Below are positions 38,378 through 46,730 of a DNA stretch of 64,000 nt, piece after piece (the first letter of the stretch is position 1; the number at the start of each line of letters is the position of its first letter). Both the position numbers and the translations under genes were made by a program. Below the pieces are notes generated by a model, which was not told the DNA's origin, made no database searches, and saw nothing but the letters and a program-made list of their open reading frames with translations. This DNA comes from Clostridiales bacterium (GTDB lineage Bacteria; Bacillota; Clostridia; Saccharofermentanales; Saccharofermentanaceae). Location: contig JAFWDK010000029.1 of assembly GCA_017513085.1 (NCBI GenBank), positions 64,001-128,000 on the forward strand. Reading direction: 5' to 3'.

Positions 38378-39550
38378 CTAGAGGCTGTAAAGATCATCAA
38401 GGTTGTTGATGGCACGCAGTTTAGCTTCGTTCTGAGGGTTGGCGTATACGTTCATCACAAGTGCCGGTGAACTCTGACCTAGAAGAGCAGCGGTGGTTCT
38501 TGGATCGGTTCCGTTCGCGATCAGGATACTTGCAAAAGTGTGCCGTAGCCCGTGAACAGAGATGCGCGGTACGCCACACCAGGCAAGATATTTATTCAAC
38601 CATTCTCTGAAAGTGCTGTCAAAAATCGGCTTGCCGTCAAGCGTGGTAAATAGACGTGCCTTGTCTCCGTGCTTTCCTTGATAAAGACAGCCAAGCCGTT
38701 TGATCTCGGACTCTTGCCACTTTCGATACTCTTTGAACTCGGCAACAAGTTTGTCCGAGATAGGAATAGAACGAACAGAGGATTTGCTCTTAGGTGTGCT
38801 CTCTATCATGCCGGTTCCAGGAATGTACTGCGAAGTCCTTGTGATGGATATCATGTGCTTCTCGTAGTTGATATCCTGCCATTCAAGACCAGCGGCTTCC
38901 GCTTCGCGAATACCGGTATTAAGGACAAGGAGAATGAACATCCGCGCACGGATATCTTCGTATTCCGGCAGTTTTCGAATGACCTTCTGGGCATCCTTGA
39001 GCTCAAGAGCCTGAACATCGGAGTGGGATTTGGCAGGTGCTTTGACACGTTTACACGGATTTTCGTCAATAAGTTCCCATTCGTATGCTTTCCCTAACAC
39101 TGCGGAAAGTGTCCGAAACCATACTCCAATACTGTTCCGAGAAAGCACGTCCTCTTTTCCATCTTTTCTTACAAGAGAAGAGATCCACCTTCGGATGTCG
39201 AGTGGCGTGATGTTTCTGATCAGCATATCGCCAAAGTAGGGGAGCAGCCTTGATTCTATAACTATTCTGTATCCGCTCGCTGTCTTTGGCTTAAGAAGCG
39301 GAAGATGATTCATGAAGTAAAGTTCCTTGCAGAAAACCCGAAAAGTCATTTTGTTGTACTGCACGTTTGCGCCGCCCTTGACCTTGCGCTCGAAATCTTC
39401 CGCAAACTCAAGAACAGCCTTCTGCTCCTGCTTTGAAGTCAAGCCCTTCGGAGGGACAAACGTTGTGGTCCTTCGGATCTGCTTTCCGTTTTCGTCATAA
39501 CCGCAACTGACGGTAATCTTATACGTATCGCTTCTTTTCTGAATCTGCAT
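38378..39550 (-). CDS. int: Tyrosine integrase
   Basis: N-terminal arm-binding domain (GYDENGKQIR), TGIREAE, TPKS, HGLRHTFAS, LLGQS..NVYAN. Confidence 0.95.
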   Translation of the reverse strand: MQIQKRSDTYKITVSCGYDENGKQIRRTTTFVPPKGLTSKQEQKAVLEFAEDFERKVKGGANVQYNKMTFRVFCKELYFMNHLPLLKPKTASGYRIVIESRLLPYFGDMLIRNITPLDIRRWISSLVRKDGKEDVLSRNSIGVWFRTLSAVLGKAYEWELIDENPCKRVKAPAKSHSDVQALELKDAQKVIRKLPEYEDIRARMFILLVLNTGIREAEAAGLEWQDINYEKHMISITRTSQYIPGTGMIESTPKSKSSVRSIPISDKLVAEFKEYRKWQESEIKRLGCLYQGKHGDKARLFTTLDGKPIFDSTFREWLNKYLAWCGVPRISVHGLRHTFASILIANGTDPRTTAALLGQSSPALVMNVYANPQNEAKLRAINNLDDLYSL

Positions 39551-39807
39551 AGTATCACCTCCTGAACACCTGAGAATAAGCGCTTTTTAAGACGCTTTTT
39601 AAGCTGTGCTACATACATTGTAAATCGGACTCTGTCCCAATATTTGGACAGAATTAATTGGAGTGTCGTATTGTTTTCAAAATGCAAATCGAAATGTTGC
39701 CGAAATGTTCCGAAATGTATTATTTACAATGTGAAGCATATGTGTAACATTCACAGTTCATTTGACGATAATTATAGTAGAAGGCATTTTTCGAGGAGGG
39801 CTATCAG

Positions 39808-40365
39808 ATGGACGACAGCATGATCGTAGATCTGTTTCTGAAACGTGATGAAGACGCGCTTCGTCAAGTAACGGAGAAGTATGGAACTAGGATGCTTCGA
39901 ATTGCTCAGAGAATCACGGAAGATGAAGAAACGGCCAAAGAATGCGTGAATGATGCGTATTTGGAGGCTTGGAAACGGATTCCGCCGAGCGAGCCGCGAG
40001 AGTATCTTATGGCTTTTCTTGCCAAAATTGTTCGTGCGAGGGCATTGGATCGTTGCGCACGTGACCAGCGACTGAAGAGAAAAGCGTATGTTGAGGAGCT
40101 TACTACAGAACTCGAACAATGCATCCCCTCCGGTACAAGTATAGAGGAGGAAATGGACGGCGTCGCTTTTGCCGAAGCCATAGGACGTTTTCTCAAGACC
40201 CAACCACTTGAGAAGTGCCGTGTATTTGTACGACGTTACTATTATCTCGAAAAAACATCTTCTATTGCGCAAAGACTCGGATACAGCGACAACAAAGTCC
40301 GGACAATGCTGTGTAGAATGCGCCGAGAACTAAAGGATTTTCTTATAAAGGAGGAGTTACTATGA
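39808..40365 (+). CDS. ECF sigma factor, cassette 3
   Basis: MDDSMIVDLFLKRDEDAL, ECVNDAYLEAWKRIPP, VFVRRYY; RBS GAGGAGG. Confidence 0.9.
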   Translation: MDDSMIVDLFLKRDEDALRQVTEKYGTRMLRIAQRITEDEETAKECVNDAYLEAWKRIPPSEPREYLMAFLAKIVRARALDRCARDQRLKRKAYVEELTTELEQCIPSGTSIEEEMDGVAFAEAIGRFLKTQPLEKCRVFVRRYYYLEKTSSIAQRLGYSDNKVRTMLCRMRRELKDFLIKEELL

Positions 40366-41012
40366 ACGGGAAAGCAATACTAGATATGATGGGAGATCTG
40401 GATCCGTGTATCGTGCTTGATGCGGAACCGGATATAGTGAATAGAAAAAAGCCTGTTAATTGGAAAATCGTGGGTGCGGTGGCAGCAGGAGTGCTGGTGT
40501 TTTCGTGTGTCGGAATTGGAATCCGACAGATAGCGAAGGCGAAGAAAACCGCATATACGGTCTATCCCGGAAACAGTGAATGGAATGCTCTGGGTGATGT
40601 GGAATCCAAAGTAGCTGCTTGCCGCATTCCGGAGGAGGAACTTCAAGAAATGACGGATGAAGATCTTGTTGAGGCTGTGTTGGAGTATCCATTCTTGCTC
40701 GATCTGTTTACTGTAGATGATGTGAGGGCATGCGTAAAATGGCAAGCGGAAAACTGCGATGCTCTTCGTGAGTTGATCCGACGAGGAACTGCAACGGAGT
40801 TGCTTCTTGCCAAAGTAAAAGAACTATATATAGATGTTCATGTTGAAGGATCTTATGACTTTATGAAGGAACAGCGGCACGACGCACTCTGTTTGATACT
40901 TTTCTATGCTCCAGAGTGCAGAAAGGATCTTACGGAGGAAGATATCGATCTGCTCAAGAGATCTTCTATGGTTAAGGAAACAATTGAAATGTGTGGTGAT
41001 GAAACAGTCTGA
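40362..41012 (+). CDS. Putative anti-sigma factor, cassette 3
   Basis: ATGA overlap; MGDLDPCIVLDA N-terminus, TM, helical external domain (ACRIPEEELQEMTDEDLVEAVLEYP). Confidence 0.75.
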   Translation: MNGKAILDMMGDLDPCIVLDAEPDIVNRKKPVNWKIVGAVAAGVLVFSCVGIGIRQIAKAKKTAYTVYPGNSEWNALGDVESKVAACRIPEEELQEMTDEDLVEAVLEYPFLLDLFTVDDVRACVKWQAENCDALRELIRRGTATELLLAKVKELYIDVHVEGSYDFMKEQRHDALCLILFYAPECRKDLTEEDIDLLKRSSMVKETIEMCGDETV

Positions 41013-41038
41013 AAATGTGAATGCCAAAGGAGATCAGT

Positions 41039-41734
41039 ATGAAATTTAAGAATATAGGTTTTCTGTTGTTTGGATTGTTATTTTTGTGTTCTTGTGGTAC
41101 TCATCAAAAGGAATCAGCGAGTTCGCTTGAACAAAACAATAGCAGTATAACAGAGCGGACACAGTGTAAAACAACTGAATCGACTCGGGAGATGAAGAAT
41201 AAAGTAGCTTCCTATGTTGTAACGTATAAAAATCTTGATGAAATTGAAACAGCATCTGACTTAGTTGTAAAAGTAACGGCTTTGGATTCTGAAGAACTGT
41301 GTTTTAATCAGCCAGATATTGATAACGGAGTCTTTCCCATGGGGTATGTATTAACATCGATTCGGATTGATGCTGTGTACAAATCTAATGACGTTGTGAA
41401 AGTGGGAGATGTGTTGAAAATCGAAGAATATTATACTACATCACTAAATCCGGAAAACAATGCAACTATTATCAATAGCTATGGTTTTTATTGCCCTATG
41501 GTCAAAGAGCATCAGTATATACTTTTTTTACAGAAACCACAGAATACAGGCGATTATGAAATCGTTCGATTTGACCTAGGGAAATATGCTATTAACGACG
41601 CTATTTCTACTTCAGATGATATTCGTAGACTCAGTTGCGAAGAATTAGAGATTTATAGTCAAGATAATCGCATTCAACGAATTCCTTCTGAATATTTTGA
41701 CATTGCTGAACAGGTTAAGAAGAAATACAATTAA
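41039..41734 (+). CDS. Lipoprotein, cassette 3
   Basis: Lipobox LCSC; ASYVVTYKNLDEIETASDLVV, YILFL. Confidence 0.8.
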   Translation: MKFKNIGFLLFGLLFLCSCGTHQKESASSLEQNNSSITERTQCKTTESTREMKNKVASYVVTYKNLDEIETASDLVVKVTALDSEELCFNQPDIDNGVFPMGYVLTSIRIDAVYKSNDVVKVGDVLKIEEYYTTSLNPENNATIINSYGFYCPMVKEHQYILFLQKPQNTGDYEIVRFDLGKYAINDAISTSDDIRRLSCEELEIYSQDNRIQRIPSEYFDIAEQVKKKYN

Positions 41735-41922
41735 GTACTTGGACACATACTAAAATCAACATGTAGACTAGTGTGACATATAATAAAGATTTTAAAGCGC
41801 AAACTTTTGCGCTTTATTTTGCGCTTTAAAAACGCAGTTGCGTTTTTTTCTTTTCAAAGGTACTGTAGTCATGTCAGATTCTCATCGAAATGTCGTCAAT
41901 ATAAGTGAAGGAGGTCATCCGA

Positions 41923-42483
41923 ATGGACGATGAAGGAATAATCCGCTTATATTGGAACAGGGACGAGACCGCGATTTCCGAGACATCTACGAAATACGGG
42001 AAGTACTGTTTCTCGATCGCTTACAGTATCCTCTATAATAATGAGGATTCCGAGGAGTGTGTGAACGATGCCTACACAAAGGTGTGGAATTCGATTCCGC
42101 CGCAAAAGCCCACGGTTTTCTCTGCCTTTATCGGACGTATCGTCCGTAATCTCGCAATTGACCGGTTTAAAAGAAAGACTGCGGAGAAGCGTGGAGGTAA
42201 GAACCTGGATGCGATCTTTGAAGAGATGAATGAAATCGCATCAGATGCACCAGGCCCGGAGGATGAACTTTCCCTTCGCGAACTAGCAAATCTGATCAAT
42301 GATTTTCTTTCTGACCTTCCGGTAGAGAAACGCGTCATGCTCATCCGCCGTTACTGGTATTCGGACGATATCAAGTCAATTGCGAATCGGTTGGGTATGA
42401 GTGAGAATAACGTCTCTGTGTCTATCCGCCGTCTTCGGATGAAGCTCCGGGATTACTTGAAGTCGAGGGGATTTGCACTATGA
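41923..42483 (+). CDS. ECF sigma factor, cassette 4
   Basis: MDDEGIIRLYWNRDETAI, ECVNDAYTKVWNSIPP, MLIRRYW; RBS AGGAGGT. Confidence 0.9.
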   Translation: MDDEGIIRLYWNRDETAISETSTKYGKYCFSIAYSILYNNEDSEECVNDAYTKVWNSIPPQKPTVFSAFIGRIVRNLAIDRFKRKTAEKRGGKNLDAIFEEMNEIASDAPGPEDELSLRELANLINDFLSDLPVEKRVMLIRRYWYSDDIKSIANRLGMSENNVSVSIRRLRMKLRDYLKSRGFAL

Positions 42484-43529
42484 GAAACGAATTTCTGTTT
42501 GAAGCTTTTGGATACATAGATGATGAGTATATCGCGGAAGCAGCGGTTTATCGTAAGTCGCGAAAGTCCGCAGTGTGGGTGCGCTATGCCGGAATCGCAG
42601 CGGCGGTTCTTCTGACCGCCGGGGTATTCTACCTTGTGAAAAGAACTGTTATGCGAAGCAATACCTCCACCGAAGCAACCAGCGTAGCGGACACGGTGCA
42701 GCCGGAGACCGGGATGGAGGAGACGGTTCCAATGGCAAGTCAATATGTCGATCCGACCAAGGATTCTTCTCTTCCGGAAGAGACTATTCAGGGAGATCCC
42801 AAGAGAGCGGAAAATCCGATCTATGGGTTAGTAGTTTTTCCAGATCCTCTGCGTACAGAGATAGAAAAGACGGAGAATAAAAATACAGTATTTACAGTGA
42901 CAATACTGGTTTCCCGATTTGACTTCGTGGATCTGTATCTTTCTGAAGAATATAAGAAGTATGAATCTTCGAAGAACGCGGAGGTCATCCAGCTCTATCG
43001 AGAGGAATTCATACACTGGCTGAATGAGGTGTATATGCCTCAGTTCACCGAGCAGGAATGGGCAGCTATCGAGAAACAGGATTCAGCCGGAGATATCGAT
43101 CTGAATAGTATTTTTGTCGAAGAATGCTGGTCGAAGCAACAATCAGAAGAGACGCAGAAAGAATATGAAGAGGCCAAGAAACTGGCGGAAGAAGCGGAGA
43201 TCGTCTATGCGAACAATACCAGCACAAAACATCTGGTGGAGCTGTATGGCGAGATGGCCAAAGCGGAGGTCGAAAGAGAGATGGAACGGCTTTCAAAACT
43301 GGGTTATGAATTCGAGATCGTGCCGGATCCGAGAATTGGCGATGGTGAAGAAATCGTTGCTGATGGAGAGAATAAGTACTCGATATACAGCGGATTTGCC
43401 GTGAAGGGAAACCTTACGGGAGAACAGCTGTCCAGATTTGAATCAGAAGTAAAACAGAATGATGTGAAGCACAATTACTTTTTCATCTGGCATACGGAAA
43501 ACGGCGATGTAATGATCCCCGGCGAATGA
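42480..43529 (+). CDS. Putative anti-sigma factor, cassette 4
   Basis: ATGA overlap; FGYIDDEYIAEA N-terminus, TM, Thr/Glu linker, external domain. Confidence 0.78.
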   Translation: MRNEFLFEAFGYIDDEYIAEAAVYRKSRKSAVWVRYAGIAAAVLLTAGVFYLVKRTVMRSNTSTEATSVADTVQPETGMEETVPMASQYVDPTKDSSLPEETIQGDPKRAENPIYGLVVFPDPLRTEIEKTENKNTVFTVTILVSRFDFVDLYLSEEYKKYESSKNAEVIQLYREEFIHWLNEVYMPQFTEQEWAAIEKQDSAGDIDLNSIFVEECWSKQQSEETQKEYEEAKKLAEEAEIVYANNTSTKHLVELYGEMAKAEVEREMERLSKLGYEFEIVPDPRIGDGEEIVADGENKYSIYSGFAVKGNLTGEQLSRFESEVKQNDVKHNYFFIWHTENGDVMIPGE

Positions 43530-43544
43530 TGGGAGGCGAGAGAT

Positions 43545-44180
43545 ATGGAAAAGAATTCAGGCAAAACGTTGGCAGCGAAAATACTTGCGATGGTACTGAT
43601 CGTCTCGATGGCGGGTATTTTTCCTGCATGCAAAAAGAAATCGGAGATACCTACGAAAGAGGAGTTCCTGAATGAGCATATCAACGATCCGGATCCACAT
43701 GGTGTGAAGAAACTGGACTTCAACCGCGAGGACCTTATCAAGGCGTGGGGTGAACCGGACGCTGATAAGAGCCGGGGTTCTTCTTATGTTTGGAAGTGCG
43801 GGGATAAATTTATCATTGTCGGAGCTGATCCGGACGATCCGAATAAGATCGAAGAGATGTATGTGTCCTATACGCAGGAACTGGTATATCTGTTCTCGAA
43901 TGCTTCGATAATCTACGTGAGTGCGCGGCAGGACGGTGTGACGGATTATCATAACTGCATCATGGTTGAGGAGATGTATTTTGACAAGGAGACTTTGGCG
44001 TGTCTTGAGAGAGGGACGATCCTGGAGATCGAGTTTGACGGGTACTTTCTCGAAACGTATCCCGGACAGCTGAGCAGTTTGTACTCGGTCAAGGCTACAG
44101 GAAAAGTCGACGAGTCGGAAATGCCGGCGCTACGGGAACAGGAGCAGTATATACGCGAGAATTACACCGGCGAACAATGA
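43545..44180 (+). CDS. Lipoprotein, cassette 4
   Basis: Lipobox FPAC; LIKAWGEPD, EFDGYFLETYPGQL. Confidence 0.8.
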   Translation: MEKNSGKTLAAKILAMVLIVSMAGIFPACKKKSEIPTKEEFLNEHINDPDPHGVKKLDFNREDLIKAWGEPDADKSRGSSYVWKCGDKFIIVGADPDDPNKIEEMYVSYTQELVYLFSNASIIYVSARQDGVTDYHNCIMVEEMYFDKETLACLERGTILEIEFDGYFLETYPGQLSSLYSVKATGKVDESEMPALREQEQYIRENYTGEQ

Positions 44181-44626
44181 TATATAACGTCCATGCATAA
44201 ATATGGCGAAAATATAATTCCAATTGGTCATCGTATTCCAATATCGGGATTCACATATATTGATTAGCGAGAGATGGAGAAGCAGCAAATAGAGTTTAAC
44301 AGCAGCAGTATTCTGAGTTCGCTCTTCTTTGTTGAGTTTTTCAACTTTGGCTTTATAGATGATGTTCAGTTCGATACAACGGAGTCGTAACCTTTTAGTA
44401 TGCTCTCTTGCCTGTCCTAAAATTGGGACAATACGGTCCGACAATTGTCCGACTGAAAGTTTACAATTAGCCCTAAACATAGGCGTTTGGAGGCTTTCGG
44501 AGATGTATGCCTATTTGTAAACATTTTTATCATGTTTTTCCTCTTGTACAGTGTAAAATATCGTGCTATTATTCGGCTATATAGAATATATGTTCGTTTT
44601 CTAAATCTGTTACAAGGAGAGATGAA

Positions 44627-45178
44627 ATGGGAAGACATGATACGGTAGCCTGGCAGAGAATAATTGCTCTGTGCACGATATACGGAGTAGATATAAACGA
44701 TATTAAGAAGAAGTCCAAGAAGATCCTGTCTCTCTATTCGGATCTTGTTGTACTAAAAAGAGCGAAAGAAGACGAGTTTGCTTTTCTCTATCCCTGTCCA
44801 CCGCTGGACTATATGAAAGCATTGGATATTCTAGATAAACTCGATCCGAATCAAGGGAAACATGACCTTTCGATCATCATATATAACCACATAAAAGTTG
44901 AATGGTTTACGGAACTCGTGGAGGATACAATAGCGAAGCTGAGAGAGTTTCCGGATGGAGACCTGTATTCGGGTGTCATAAACCAATACTATCTGACATC
45001 TTTCGTTCAGGATGATGAGACGATCGCTCACGAACTCCGGGTCGAATACAGTCGGTTATATGATCGGAAACGAGAAGCGATGATCATGTTCGGATTGTGT
45101 CTCTGGCATTATGTTATTCCGCGTAAGCGTGATGAGATGATAAAGCTATCTGACCTTCCTTTCGCTACTATAGATTAG
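44627..45178 (+). CDS. Putative IME transcriptional regulator (DUF1492/sigma4-like HTH)
   Basis: C-terminal ETIAHELRVEYSRLYDRKREA HTH-like segment; RBS AAGGAG; flanked by GTCC repeats. Confidence 0.6.
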   Translation: MGRHDTVAWQRIIALCTIYGVDINDIKKKSKKILSLYSDLVVLKRAKEDEFAFLYPCPPLDYMKALDILDKLDPNQGKHDLSIIIYNHIKVEWFTELVEDTIAKLREFPDGDLYSGVINQYYLTSFVQDDETIAHELRVEYSRLYDRKREAMIMFGLCLWHYVIPRKRDEMIKLSDLPFATID

Positions 45179-45391
45179 TCCCAGCACTTGTCCCAAAAGT
45201 TGTTCCAAAATCGGTTCATGAAACTTCCAAGTGACAGACGAAATGGACCGCCATACAATCAAGGTGACGATAAGAAATCGGCACCACGAAGAAAGAGGAG
45301 AAGCCTCGTAACCTTGTGGTTGCGGGGCTTCTTTAGTCGGAAAGGAGTGATGAAAATAAACAATCGGAAGATGAATCTCGACATCTTCTAT

Positions 45392-45600
45392 GAACCTTGA
45401 CAACTGAATAGCAGTTCCCTCCCCTCCATAGGAACCTTACCCGTAGTCACAGGCCGAGCGTTGAAGCGATGAACGAGCATCGTGAGCCGTCACACCCAAT
45501 GAGCGAGGTAAGAAGGATGAATAGTCCTGGGGGAAGGAGATCCGAAGAAACCCTCGTAAAGAGGGAGACTTCCTGCCCGGGAGTGGACGGTAAATACGGG
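45392..45600 (+). ncRNA. Putative structured cis-regulatory RNA upstream of the rep helicase
   Basis: GAACCTTGACAACTGAATA followed by nested stems (see findings); strand inferred from the downstream gene. Confidence 0.5.
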
Positions 45601-45636
45601 CAAAGAAGAAACTATATTACAGAAAGGAAAACAACC

Positions 45637-46668
45637 ATGTACAATTCTTATGAACCTTTGGAAACAAAGACGATCGAAGATCTGATGGAAAAAGAATTCG
45701 AAGACAAGCCGCATTTGGTGGATACCCTTCTTCCGGGTGTAGGCGTGTATATTCTGGCAGGCGATCCCAAGAGTGGGAAGTCATGGCTTGCACTTGATCT
45801 GGCACTTCATATTGCTTCAGGAAAGCCAATGTGGGAACACGAAGTCTTTATGACAGAAGTGTTGTATCTGGCACTTGAGGATGGAGAGAAACGGCTGCAG
45901 GACAGAATCCTTCGAAATGGCACAGGAGCTCCACCGGGTTTCTACTATGCAACCAATGCACTGACCGTGCGGGGCGAACTTATCCGTCAGCTTTCAGATG
46001 AAATGAAAAAGCATCCTGGCATAGGCCTTGTCATAATTGACACGCTTGCTGCGGTAAAAGGCGAATCTATCGCAACAGCCAGCATATACCAGGATGATTA
46101 CAACATTATGAGAGCTCTTCACGAGTTCTCTACCAACAATAATATCACGATTCTGGTAATACACCATACCAATAAGAGCAAGTCCCCTTACCCGATGAAC
46201 AACATTTCCGGATCCAATGGAGTGACCGGTGGTGCAGATGGGAGTTTTGTTCTTGAGAAAGACAAGTTTGAAGATGAGGTAGCGAAGCTCTACTGCAGCT
46301 GTCGAGACTATGAGGATCACGTACTTACATTGAAGTTCAATAAGGAGACTTGCAAATGGGAGTGCTTGAAAGATAACTCTTCATATATGGACTCGCTGGA
46401 AAGCGATCCGGATATGCGTAAGGTCGTTGAGTACATCAAGGCGACGAAAGAGTATCGGGGCAGCGCCAGTGAATTGTCACAGAAACTGGAGATCGATAAA
46501 CCGGGCCAGATCCTAAGTGGGAAACTCAGAAGAAAGAGATTGGATCTGGAACGTGCCGGAATCCTCTTCACGAGAAACCGAAGCCGCATCGGAAGAGAAA
46601 TTACTCTCATGCTGATCACCCCAAGCGATCAGGTTCCAAATGTGGAAGGTGGTGGTGACGATGCGTGA
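45637..46668 (+). CDS. AAA_25/RepA-like replicative helicase
   Basis: GDPKSGKS Walker A, VLYLALED, LVIIDT, IHHTNK, SGSNGVTGGAD; start 45637 after GAAAGGA. Confidence 0.88.
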   Translation: MYNSYEPLETKTIEDLMEKEFEDKPHLVDTLLPGVGVYILAGDPKSGKSWLALDLALHIASGKPMWEHEVFMTEVLYLALEDGEKRLQDRILRNGTGAPPGFYYATNALTVRGELIRQLSDEMKKHPGIGLVIIDTLAAVKGESIATASIYQDDYNIMRALHEFSTNNNITILVIHHTNKSKSPYPMNNISGSNGVTGGADGSFVLEKDKFEDEVAKLYCSCRDYEDHVLTLKFNKETCKWECLKDNSSYMDSLESDPDMRKVVEYIKATKEYRGSASELSQKLEIDKPGQILSGKLRRKRLDLERAGILFTRNRSRIGREITLMLITPSDQVPNVEGGGDDA

Positions 46669-46730
46669 CGATGTGACGATGAAAAATACCCACCCTCTCC
46701 AAGAAAGCGTCACAGCGTCACAAGCGTCAC
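46655..46730. repeat. Inverted iteron-like array (GTGACG x3 / CGTCAC x3), candidate replication origin
   Basis: GTGACG at 46655, 46665 and 46673; CGTCAC at 46708, 46716 and 46725. Confidence 0.65.

Noticed and set aside
33400-44200. Classical integron or shufflon explanation for the cassette array
   Set aside because: No common attC-like or inverted recombination site found flanking all cassettes by eye; cassettes have their own promoters and the integrase is of the tRNA-targeting type
44130-44480. 116-aa minus-strand ORF
   Set aside because: No RBS or motif; overlaps regulatory repeats and the lipoprotein end; at most a remnant
45469-45636. 56-aa N-terminal extension of the helicase
   Set aside because: A better RBS precedes ATG 45637, and the segment is explained by RNA stems
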